55,472 nt of DNA from positions 1 through 55,472 of the forward strand of contig CAZWEY010000001.1 in assembly GCA_964632055.1 (NCBI GenBank), read 5' to 3'. How positions within the stretch are numbered: position 1 is the first letter of the stretch; each line of letters begins with the position of its first letter. A program made the position numbers and the translations under genes. Positions 28,084 to 37,200 of the stretch are shown one piece after another. The notes below the pieces were generated by a model. It did not search any database. It was not told the origin of the DNA and was given only the letters and a program-made list of their open reading frames with translations. This DNA comes from an uncultured Sphingomonadaceae bacterium. GTDB taxonomy: Bacteria; Pseudomonadota; Alphaproteobacteria; Sphingomonadales; Sphingomonadaceae.

Positions 28084-28431
28084 TCAGAGCGGCGGCTGCT
28101 GGACAGGCCTGTCCGACAGGGCGACTTCGATCTGGCCGTTTTCTATCCGCACCTGATGGGTGACAATGGCCGGACAGCCCAGCGCAGTGGCCAGACATTC
28201 GCCGGTGTGAAGATCGAATCGCGCGCCGTGCATCGGGCAGGATATGGTGTCCTTGCGCACCTTGCCTCCGCCAAGTGCTGCTCCGTTATGAGGGCACAGA
28301 TCGTCAAGGGCGAAGAGTCCGTTTTCTCCGTGACAGACAAGTATGCGGCGCCCATCCACTTCGACCGGGAATGCTTTTCCGGGAGGAAGATCGCCTGCTG
28401 CAAAAAGGGGCTTGTAGTCGGAGTCGCTCAT
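28084..28431 (-). CDS. Rieske [2Fe-2S] ferredoxin (oxygenase electron-transfer component)
   Basis: It has the ligand motifs CPHNGAAL and CPMHGARF, and is 115 aa from MSDSDYK. The ORF-track upstream extension is a translated G-rich repeat. Confidence 0.85.
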   Translation of the reverse strand: MSDSDYKPLFAAGDLPPGKAFPVEVDGRRILVCHGENGLFALDDLCPHNGAALGGGKVRKDTISCPMHGARFDLHTGECLATALGCPAIVTHQVRIENGQIEVALSDRPVQQPPL

Positions 28432-28526
28432 CTGGAACCTGTCTTCGAAACTGGGCTGCGCACCAAATTTGGATGGCGCGCATGCAGGCCTGATAGGCGC
28501 ACTGGCATTTACCCGCAATGGCGCAA

Positions 28527-28560
28527 GGGGGGCACAAGGGGGCGCATGGGGGAGCAAGGG
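28527..28560 (+). repeat. four phased G-runs (G6-N5-G5-N5-G5-N5-G3), G-quadruplex-type motif with 10-11 nt period
   Basis: Read directly as GGGGGGcacaaGGGGGcgcatGGGGGagcaaGGG. It lies in the divergent intergenic region between the Rieske ferredoxin and SDR genes. Confidence 0.6.
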
Positions 28561-28632
28561 CACTCTCCCCTTTGGCTTGCGGACAGGTCGGGCTCGGTGC
28601 TAGTCAGATGCAAACAATCGATTGGAGACGAA

Positions 28633-29394
28633 ATGACACTTCTGGCTGACAAGGTTTGCATCGTGACGGGCGGCGCGGGCAGCATCGGGCTCGCTTCGGC
28701 ACGCCTGTTTCTGGAGCAGGGCGCCAAGGTTCTGATTGTCGACCTGCATGAGGATGCTCTTGCCAGCGCCGCGGCGACAATCGACTCCCCCAATCTGATT
28801 ACCAAGGCGGCCGATGTCGGCGATGCGGCCCAGACCAAGGCCTATGTCGATGCCGCTGTCGAAGCTTGGGGCAAGGTCGATGTCCTGTTTTGCAACGCGG
28901 GCAATTCGGGGCCGATCGGCGGCATCGAGGACTATCCCGAAGACGCGATGGACGCGGTCTACCGGGTTCATGTGCGCGGGAGCTTTCTGGGCGCCAAACA
29001 TGCCATTCCGCATATGGGGGCTGGCTCCAGCATCATCGTGATGTCGAGCGTGGCTGGGCTTGGCGGCAGCCCGGGCGTCTATGCCTATGCCACGGCCAAG
29101 CATGCGCAGGTCGGCTTCATGCGCTCGCTTGCCAAGGAAGTCGCTGCGCGCAATATCCGCGTCAACAGCCTGCATCCCGGGCCGATCGACAACAGCTTCC
29201 AGACGGCAATCGAAGATGCCTTCAGCCCGCTGATTGGTGGCGGTGATGCAACGGCGCTGATGAACACGATGATCCCGATGGGACGGCATGGCAAGGCCGA
29301 TGAAATCGCGCAGGCCGCCCTGTTCCTCGCCTCGCCCATGAGCAGCTTCATGACTGGCAGCGTCATGGTCGCCGATGGCGGATTCACGGCCTAG
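28633..29394 (+). CDS. short-chain dehydrogenase/reductase (classical)
   Basis: It has VCIVTGGAGSIGLA, NAG, the catalytic YAYATAK, and a GGAGA RBS. The ORF-track start at 28156 is an artefact. Confidence 0.9.
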   Translation: MTLLADKVCIVTGGAGSIGLASARLFLEQGAKVLIVDLHEDALASAAATIDSPNLITKAADVGDAAQTKAYVDAAVEAWGKVDVLFCNAGNSGPIGGIEDYPEDAMDAVYRVHVRGSFLGAKHAIPHMGAGSSIIVMSSVAGLGGSPGVYAYATAKHAQVGFMRSLAKEVAARNIRVNSLHPGPIDNSFQTAIEDAFSPLIGGGDATALMNTMIPMGRHGKADEIAQAALFLASPMSSFMTGSVMVADGGFTA

Positions 29395-29412
29395 ATTTCA
29401 GGCGTTTCGCGT

Positions 29413-29446
29413 CCGTGGCCCGCAATTGCGGCCACGGGCAAATTTT
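29413..29446 (+). terminator. hairpin (12 bp, one bulge) followed by AAATTTTG; terminator or attenuator
   Basis: The stem is CCGTGGCC(C)GCAA/TTGCGGCCACGG, 19 nt after the SDR stop and about 90 nt before the oxygenase start. Confidence 0.5.
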
Positions 29447-29534
29447 GCTATCCTCCAGAAACTGTATCGGCGGTTCCGCTGATCGGGTCAGAGTGTTAGA
29501 ATAGACCAACGACGAGAGGTTCTGTGCTGAGGTC

Positions 29535-31016
29535 ATGTTCCCTCAGACGCCTGGTTCGCTCGGCCAACACAAGATGGAATCCGACATGAACAAAGAAGTG
29601 GACATCACGAAATACGGCAACAAGAGCTTCGTGCGGGCCTCGCTTGGCATGCAGTTCGAGAATATGCCTGACTACGAAGCCTATCTGCGCGAGGCGGGGG
29701 AGGAAATTCCCTGGACCGTATCCACGCGCGGCACGCACCAGCCTCAGAATCGTCCGCTGGCCTATGAATATTTCCTCGATGCGAAATATGTGCCAGAAGA
29801 GATCGAGAAGATCTGGAAGAAGCACTGGCAGGTCGCCTGCCGGGAAGAAGACATTCCCAATGTCGGCGATCGCGTGTCCTATGAAGTGGGGCCGCTGTCT
29901 TTCCTGGTGGTGCGTTCGGACGAGAACACGTTCAAGGCATTCTGGAACAGCTGCCGTCACCGTGCCCGCCGGCTTTGCGGAGACACGCCGGAATCGGGCG
30001 ATGTCATCCAGTGTCCGTTCCACGCCTGGTCCTATGGGCTGGACGGCAAGCTCATCTGGGTCCCTCGCGAAGAGGAATTCCCCAATGTGCAGACCAACCT
30101 GGTCGGGCTGCGCCCGGTGCAGTGCGACACGTGGGGCGGCAACGTTTTCATCAACCCCGATCTGAGCGCCCCCTCCCTCAAGGAAGCGCTCGGGGTTCTG
30201 CCCGATCACTTCAAGGATTGCCCGCTGGAAGAGCGGTACACGGCGGTGCGCATCAAGAAGAAGGTGCGGATCAACTGGAAATCGGGGATGGAAGCCTTCC
30301 TTGAAGGCTATCACGTTCTCACGACCCACCCTTCCGGCATGCCGATGTTCGGATCCACCTATACCCAGACCGATTGCTGGGATGACGGTGTTTCGGCTGT
30401 CAGCAGGCTCATCACCCCTGCGCTGGTGCCCGATGGCTGGGTGAAGGACGAGGTCACGCCGCGCCTGGCGCTTGAACTGTTCTGCAACACCTACCAGTTG
30501 CCTGCGCCGCCTGCTGGCCGCGGGGATACCGTTGCCGATGCCCGGCAATATGCCGGAGGCGTCATCGCCGAAAAATACAAGGAAGCATCGGGCCGGGATT
30601 ACAGTGACAGGTCGATCTCCTATCTGGTCGACATGCACCAGTGGTATTCCTTCCCGGCATTCTACCCCTGGTGGGGCGAAGGCCTGTCCTGGTGGTATAA
30701 TTTCACCCCGCTCGGTGAAAGCCCGGATGAATGCATCATGGAGATCCGCCTGCTCCTTCCCAAACCTCTGGAGGGGCCGGCGCCGGCTCTCCCCGACACT
30801 GTCTGGGTGGACTTCGACGAGCAGGGCCGCGACTATCCCGAAGCCGGTCACCCGGGCTTCCTGATGGACGAAGACATGGACAACATGGAAGAAGTCCACA
30901 GGGGCATGAAGGCCACCGATCCCAGCGTTGCGCGCCCGGTGCTCGCAACGAAGCAGGAAATCCGCATCCGCCATTTCCACGAAGCCTATATGCGGGCGAT
31001 GGGAATCAAGGGTTAA
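29535..31016 (+). CDS. Rieske non-heme iron oxygenase, alpha (catalytic) subunit
   Basis: It has the Rieske motif CRHRARRL...CPFHAWSY and the mononuclear iron region NWKSGMEAFLEGYHVLTTHP. The start is uncertain (ATG 29535, 29574 or 29586). Confidence 0.88.
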   Translation: MFPQTPGSLGQHKMESDMNKEVDITKYGNKSFVRASLGMQFENMPDYEAYLREAGEEIPWTVSTRGTHQPQNRPLAYEYFLDAKYVPEEIEKIWKKHWQVACREEDIPNVGDRVSYEVGPLSFLVVRSDENTFKAFWNSCRHRARRLCGDTPESGDVIQCPFHAWSYGLDGKLIWVPREEEFPNVQTNLVGLRPVQCDTWGGNVFINPDLSAPSLKEALGVLPDHFKDCPLEERYTAVRIKKKVRINWKSGMEAFLEGYHVLTTHPSGMPMFGSTYTQTDCWDDGVSAVSRLITPALVPDGWVKDEVTPRLALELFCNTYQLPAPPAGRGDTVADARQYAGGVIAEKYKEASGRDYSDRSISYLVDMHQWYSFPAFYPWWGEGLSWWYNFTPLGESPDECIMEIRLLLPKPLEGPAPALPDTVWVDFDEQGRDYPEAGHPGFLMDEDMDNMEEVHRGMKATDPSVARPVLATKQEIRIRHFHEAYMRAMGIKG

Positions 31017-31024
31017 GCGATTGC

Positions 31025-31061
31025 GTGCGGCAGGCGATGCTCCGGCATTCGTCTGCCGCAC
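31025..31061 (+). other. 13-bp-arm hairpin (1 mismatch) just after the oxygenase stop
   Basis: The arms are GTGCGGCAGGCGA ... TCGTCTGCCGCAC. There is no T-tract. Confidence 0.4.
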
Positions 31062-31081
31062 CATTCATGTGGTTTCCGGCT

Positions 31082-31104
31082 GGCCCCATGCAGGGGCCTT
31101 TTTC
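31082..31104 (+). terminator. rho-independent terminator
   Basis: The hairpin is GGCCCC-atgca-GGGGCC followed by TTTTTCATTTT. Confidence 0.65.
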
Positions 31105-31174
31105 ATTTTGCAGGGGCCTTGATACGATCCTTTCGCAACGCTCCCCTTATGGCAGATAGAAAGTTGCCCCGAGT

Positions 31175-32572
31175 ATGGACCAGATGACGCCCCTAGTTTC
31201 CAATAGTGCACTCATCGAGGGCCTGCGGGCCATTGTGGGCGATCGCGGCCTGGTGCTGGGCGATGATGTCGCCATGCGTTCCTGCGATCCGTTTCGCGAG
31301 GTTCCGCCAGAAAGCGGCGTGATCGTGCGCCCTGAAAACACCGATGAAGTCAGCCGGGTCATGGCGTTTTGCCATGAACGCGGGCAGCCGGTCGTCACGC
31401 ATGGCGGGCGGACAGGGGTTGCAGGCGGTGCCTTTGTTGCACCCGATCAGCTGGTCCTTTCGCTTGAAAGGATGAGCCGCATCGAGGAAATCGACGAGTT
31501 CAACCAGTGCATGGTGGCGCAGGCTGGTGCCCCGGTCGAGGCGCTGCAGAATGCGGCAGATGGGGCCGGTCTGCTCTATCCGATTGACCTTGGGTCCAAG
31601 GGCACGGCGACACTGGGCGGGACCATCGCCACCAATGCCGGTGGTAACCGCGTGCTGCGCTGGGGCATGACGCGGGCGAACCTGCTTGGCATCGAGGTGG
31701 TGCTGGCCGATGGCACCGTGGTTTCGGCGATGAACCGGCTGACCAAGAACAACACCGGTTTCGACATGAAGCACATCTTTGCAGGCACCGAAGGCGTGCT
31801 CGGCATCGTCACCCGTGCGGTGGTGCGGCTGGTGCCGAAACCTGTCAGCCAGCAGGTCGCGGTGGTCGCGGTGCCGAGCTATGATGCGGTGCTTGGCATG
31901 CTCAAGGCTGCGCGCAAGCTGCCAACCCTCTCCGCCTTCGAGGTGATGTGGGCGGATTATTACGAGCTGATGGCCAACAGCAACACCGGCCGCCGCCCGA
32001 TCGAGCCGGGAAGCCCGTTCTATATATTGCTGGAATCGATGGGCTATGACGAGGAGCAGGACGAAGCGCGCTTCATGGCCTTTCTCGAAGAAGCTTTCGA
32101 GAAAGAGCTGATCGTCGATGCCGTCACTTCCCAGTCGTTGCAACAGGTGCAGGATATGTGGAAGGTGCGCGAAGGCGGTGAAGCGTGGTCCTCGATGTGG
32201 CCGATCATCAGCAGCGATATCAGTGTCGATGTTCGCAAGACCGATGAATATGTCGGCAAGGTGCGCGAGAAGCTGCATGCGGCCTATCCCGATATCTGCA
32301 AGACCGCGACTTTCGGCCATCTCGGCGATGGCAATATCCATATCGGCATTCATGTCGGCCCCAACTCGATCGAGGAAGAGCAGAATGTCGAGCGCATCCT
32401 CTATGATACGCTCAAGGGCTATGAGAGCGCGGTGACAGCCGAACACGGCATAGGCCAGGTGAAGAAGAAGTTCCTGCCCGAGCATGTTTCTGCAGGATCG
32501 ATGGAGGTGATGCGCCATCTGCGCGATGCGCTCGACCCGGAGCGGATACTTAACCGCGACGTGCTGTTCTGA
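31175..32572 (+). CDS. FAD-linked oxidase (GlcD/D-2-hydroxyacid dehydrogenase-like)
   Basis: It shows the FAD_binding_4 pattern VVTHGGRTGVAGGA and the C-terminal SAEHGIGQVKK. Confidence 0.85.
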   Translation: MDQMTPLVSNSALIEGLRAIVGDRGLVLGDDVAMRSCDPFREVPPESGVIVRPENTDEVSRVMAFCHERGQPVVTHGGRTGVAGGAFVAPDQLVLSLERMSRIEEIDEFNQCMVAQAGAPVEALQNAADGAGLLYPIDLGSKGTATLGGTIATNAGGNRVLRWGMTRANLLGIEVVLADGTVVSAMNRLTKNNTGFDMKHIFAGTEGVLGIVTRAVVRLVPKPVSQQVAVVAVPSYDAVLGMLKAARKLPTLSAFEVMWADYYELMANSNTGRRPIEPGSPFYILLESMGYDEEQDEARFMAFLEEAFEKELIVDAVTSQSLQQVQDMWKVREGGEAWSSMWPIISSDISVDVRKTDEYVGKVREKLHAAYPDICKTATFGHLGDGNIHIGIHVGPNSIEEEQNVERILYDTLKGYESAVTAEHGIGQVKKKFLPEHVSAGSMEVMRHLRDALDPERILNRDVLF

Positions 32573-32587
32573 GGCTGCGGCCGGGGA

Positions 32588-34153
32588 GTGTTGCGAGTGG
32601 GTGCAGACACTGAAGTCTGGACGATAGACCACGCCCGGCTGCAGACCTTGTGGTCTATCGCAGACTACCATCGCGATCGCCGGCCCGATGCAGTGGCGAT
32701 GGAGTATGAGGATCGCCGCACCACCTATCGCCAATGGGCGCAGCGTGCCGAGGGAATGGATTCGGCCCTGCGAGCGACCGGCGCAGGTCCGGGGGCGCGG
32801 ATCGCTTATCTCGGCAAGAATTGCGATCTCTATTTCGCTCTGCTGGCTGCCATTTCCAGGGCTGGCATGGTGCTGGTGCCCCTGAACTGGAGACTGGCGC
32901 AGGACGAATGGGATTTCATCCTGCGTGATGCCGAAGTCGCGCTTTTGCTTCATGATGAATATCTCGCCGCAGAGGCGCAGGCTCTGGGGCAGCGCATTTC
33001 CGGTCTTGCGGTGCACCCTCTCGGGCCGTTCGGTGTAGAGAGGCTCTCCGCTCCAGAGCGCCGGAGGGACGATCCCGGTGTAGTTGCGTTGCAGATGTAC
33101 ACTTCGGGCACCACCGGGCGCCCCAAGGGAGCGATGCTGACGAACCGCAATGTGCTGGCGCAGCGCAAGCCGGGTTATGACCGGAAAGAGGAATGGTATC
33201 AGACAGAGCGGGACGCCACCCTTGTCATCTCTCCTGTCGCGCATATTGCCGGGACCGGCTTTGCGGTGTGGCAGCTCTATGCAGGCGGGCGGATCGTGAT
33301 AGCTAGTGAATTTGCGCCCTCTGCGACCACGCATCTTATCAATGATGCGGGGGTGACCTATGCCCTGTTCGTTCCCTCGATGCTGCAGATGCTGCTCGAT
33401 TACCTCGACACAAGCGGCGAGAGCGTCAACGGACTGCGGTATATCGCCTATGGAGCATCGCCCATGCCCGAGGCGATCCTCGCTCGCGCCCAGGCCATGC
33501 TGCCCGTGCGCTATGTCCAGATGTATGGCATGACCGAAACGGGCGGCGTGGCGACTGCGCTGTCGCCGCAACACCATATCGGCGAAGACCGGCCCAAGCT
33601 GCGTTCAGCAGGCGTGCCCTTCCCCGGCGGAGAGGTGGCGATTGTCGATCCTGCGGGCAGTTTTCTTGCATCTGGCATGGAAGGCGAGGTCGTAGTCCGC
33701 TCCGATCAGGTCATGCAGGGCTATTGGAAGCGGCCCGAAGCCACGGCAGAGGCGATGCTGCCGGGCGGATGGTTCCGCACCGGCGACATGGGCCGGATGG
33801 ATGAGGACGGTTTTCTCTATGTGTTCGACCGGGTGAAAGACATGATCATCACCGGCGGGGAGAACGTCTATCCCGCCGAGGTCGAAAACCTGCTGTTCAC
33901 GCATCCCGCGATCCGCTCTGCCGCGGTCATTGGCCGCCCGCACGAGAAATGGGTGGAGGAGATCGTCGCAGTGGTGGTGCTGGAAGCCGGCGCATCGCTT
34001 AGCCTGGATGAATTGCGCGCATGGGCGCGTGGGCGCATTGCCGGCTTCAAGATCCCGCGCGTGCTGCAGATTGTCGATGCCCTGCCGATGAATGCCAGCG
34101 GCAAGGTGCTGCGGCGCGAATTGCGCAGCGCCGACCTGGCAATCCCCTCATAG
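32588..34153 (+). CDS. acyl-CoA synthetase (AMP-dependent ligase)
   Basis: It has YTSGTTGRPKG, WFRTGDMG and GGENVYPAEVE. The start is GTG 32588 or GTG 32597. The latter is better spaced from GGGGAG. Confidence 0.9.
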   Translation: MLRVGADTEVWTIDHARLQTLWSIADYHRDRRPDAVAMEYEDRRTTYRQWAQRAEGMDSALRATGAGPGARIAYLGKNCDLYFALLAAISRAGMVLVPLNWRLAQDEWDFILRDAEVALLLHDEYLAAEAQALGQRISGLAVHPLGPFGVERLSAPERRRDDPGVVALQMYTSGTTGRPKGAMLTNRNVLAQRKPGYDRKEEWYQTERDATLVISPVAHIAGTGFAVWQLYAGGRIVIASEFAPSATTHLINDAGVTYALFVPSMLQMLLDYLDTSGESVNGLRYIAYGASPMPEAILARAQAMLPVRYVQMYGMTETGGVATALSPQHHIGEDRPKLRSAGVPFPGGEVAIVDPAGSFLASGMEGEVVVRSDQVMQGYWKRPEATAEAMLPGGWFRTGDMGRMDEDGFLYVFDRVKDMIITGGENVYPAEVENLLFTHPAIRSAAVIGRPHEKWVEEIVAVVVLEAGASLSLDELRAWARGRIAGFKIPRVLQIVDALPMNASGKVLRRELRSADLAIPS

Positions 34154-34190
34154 GGAAGGGCACCGGCGCTGCCGCCGATGCCCTTCCCTA
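34151..34190. terminator. 12-bp perfect hairpin between convergent genes (includes the TAG stop)
   Basis: The stem is TAGGGAAGGGCA-N16-TGCCCTTCCCTA. The flanking T-tracts are weak. Confidence 0.5.
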
Positions 34191-34208
34191 TTCCGATTGG
34201 CGAACCGC

Positions 34209-37200
34209 TTATTCGGCCGGTTCGGCCACCTTGGAGGCGGCAGGCGCGTCGAACTGGCGGTGCAGTTCTGCAAGGCGCGCATTGTATTCCTCGATCGAGG
34301 CTTCCTTGACCGGGCCGTATCCGCGAACGTCATAGGCAGCCATGGCGATCTCGGTCGCAACGCCGAGATTGTCTTGCGTCAGCCGGTCGACCAGTGCGCT
34401 CATCTGCGCCTTGTAGTCCTCGATCAGCTGGCGTTCGAAGCGGCGTTCGGCGGTGTAGCCGAAGACGTCCAGCGCCGTGCCGCGCAGGCCCTTGAACTTC
34501 TTGAGCACCTTGAACACCGGCAGCATCCAGCTGCCGAATTCGCGCTTCAAGGGGCGGCCATTGACGTCCTTGCCCGGCAGGATCGGCGGGGCGAGGTGGA
34601 ACTTGACCTTGAAGTTGCCCTTGAACTGGTGGTTCAAATCGTCCCAGAACCGCTGGTCGGTGTGGAGACGAGCCACTTCATACTCGTCCTTGTAGGCCAT
34701 GATCCGCGAGAGTGTCAGGGCGATGTCGCGCACCAATATGTCGCCGCCCTCAAGGTTCTTCGCCTTCACGCGCGCTTCGATGTCGCGCACATAATCGACA
34801 TAGCCTTGCGCATAGGCCGCATTGCCCCAATCGGTCAGCAACTTTGTCCGGCTGTCGAGCACCTGATCGACCGTGTCGAGCGGGGGCAGCGTGTTGGGCG
34901 GGGCGAGCTCATGCTCCAGCGAGGCAAGATCGTGGGCAGCAAGGCGCCCCAGAGCCAGCGTACGCAGATTGCCTTCGACGAAGGTGCCGTTGAGACGGAT
35001 CGCTTCCTCGACAGCCTCGACGCCGACCGGCAGCAGGCCCTTCTGCAAGGCATAGCCGACCATCAGCACGTTGGTTGCGATGGAATCGCCAATGAGGTCG
35101 GTCGCCAGACGGCTGGCGCCGATGCCCATGAAGGTGCCGCCGCGCAGCGCCTTGACGATGGTGTCCTGCATCATCGTTTCGCCGGTGTCGTAGTTCTTGT
35201 TGGTCTGGAACTCGCCGGTAGGCGCGACGTCGTTGTTGACCACGGCCACGGTCTTGCCGGGCTTGATCGTCTGCAACATGTTGGGGCCGGAACCCACGAT
35301 CATGTCGCAAGCAAGGATCACGTCAGCCGACGCAATGCCGAGGCGGGTGGAGAACATGTCCTTGGGCGACTTGCCGATGCGGATATGGCTCGTCACCGCG
35401 CCGCCCTTCTGGGCCATGCCGGTCATGTCGAGGATGGTCGTGCCCTTGCCCTCGAGGTGAGCCGCCATGCCGAGGATCGCGCCCACGGTCAGCACGCCCG
35501 TGCCGCCGATGCCGCCGACCATGACGGAATAGCCGTCGCCGACTTCGGCAACGGGCGGGGTCGGCAATGCCTTGATCATGGCCTCGATCCGCGCCTCGTC
35601 GCCTGACACATGGCGGGCGATCTTGGCGCCTTCAACGGTCACGAAGGAGGGGCAGAAGCCCTTGATGCAGCTGAAGTCCTTGTTGCAGGTCGACTGGTCG
35701 ATCCGGCGCTTGCGGCCAAACTCGGTTTCGAGCGGGGTGACCGAAATGCAGTTCGACTGGACCGAACAATCGCCGCAGCCTTCGCACACGGACGAGTTGA
35801 TGAACACGCGGCGATCCGGATCGGGATAGGTGCCCCGCTTGCGGCGGCGGCGCTTTTCGGTGGCGCATGTCTGTTCATAGACGATGGCGGAGACGCCCTT
35901 CAGCTCGCGCAGTTCGCGCTGGAGCTTGTCGAGTTCATCGCGGTGATGAAGGCGGATGCCCTGCGGGATCAGGGTGCGCCACTGTTCCGGGTTGTCGGAC
36001 ACCAGCAGGATCGGGCTGACCCCTTCGGCCTTCAACTGGTTCAGCATGTCGATGGGCGAGAAATGCATCTCCACCGGCTGGCCGCCGGTCATCGCCACCG
36101 CGTCATTATAGAGCAGCTTGAAAGTCATGTTCGCCTTGCCGGCAACCGCCGCGCGGATGGCGAGGATGCCGGAATGCGAATAGGTGCCGTCGCCCATGTT
36201 CTGGAACATGTGCGGCACATCCGAGAACTTGCCCGCCGAAACCCACGGCATGCCGTCCGCGCCCATGCCCACCGGCATCAGCGTGCGGCGTTCGGGCATG
36301 ACATAGGCGGCAAGGCCCTGGCAGCCGACGGCGGCAATCGCCTGGCTACCTTCGGGCACCTTGGTGCTGGTGTTGTGCGGGCAACCGGAGCAGTAGAACG
36401 GCGGACGGATCTTGCCGGAACCTGTCAGCAGGATGGCCTGGCCTTCGAGGTCGTGGAAGCTGTTGTAGCGCGCTTCCACCTCGGCATCGACAATGCCCGT
36501 CTGTTTGATTGCCTGATAGAGGGCCTTGCGACACAGCGCGACCGTCAACTCGCCGATGTCGGGCAGCAGCGATTTGCCGGCGAGATCCTTCTTGCCGATG
36601 ATCGCGGGGCGCATATCGGCAGGCGCGCTGTAGAGTTGCAGGGCCAGCTGTTCCTCGATGACCGGGCGTTTTTCCTCGACCACGAGGACTGCCTTGTGGC
36701 CCATGGCAAAGCTCGTCGCGCCCTGCTTTTCGAGTGGCCAGATCATGCCCGGCTTGTAGAGACGGATGCCGAGCTGGCGGCACTTGGCTTCGTCAAGACC
36801 GAGGTCGTTCATCGCGGTGCGAAGGTCGAGATAGGCCTTGCCGGCGGCCACGATGCCCAGTTCCCGACGCTCGCCGTCGAAGATCACCTTGTCGAAGCCA
36901 TTGGCGCGGGCAAAGGCCTCTGCGGCCGGCACGCGGAAATCGGTGAGGATGCGCTCCATCAGCAGCGGCGACATGCTGACCTGCTTGGAGAGGTTGAGCC
37001 CTTCGGGCGGCATGTCGACCTGCGGAATCTCGAACTGGCGCATGAAATCGGGCAATTCGACAGACGCGGTGAGGTCCAACGTGTCGGTGATGCACTTGAG
37101 GCCCACATAGGCGCCCGAGAAGCGGGACATGGCCCAGGCGGCAATGCCGTATTCGAGGATTTCATCAGTGGTTGCGGGGTAGAGCGTAGGCACCATTGCC

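Noticed and set aside
28432-28563. N-terminal extension of the Rieske ferredoxin ORF (MPLLPHAPPCAPLAPL...)
   Set aside because: The proline-rich peptide is simply the translated complement of the phased G-run repeat. Ferredoxins of this type are about 105-115 aa and align from MSDSDYK.
29496-31064. 522-aa minus-strand ORF
   Set aside because: It is antisense to the Rieske oxygenase alpha subunit. It has no motifs.
31193-33577. 794-aa minus-strand ORF
   Set aside because: It is antisense to the FAD-linked oxidase and acyl-CoA synthetase genes. It has no recognisable domains, no RBS, and is Arg/His/Gly-rich.
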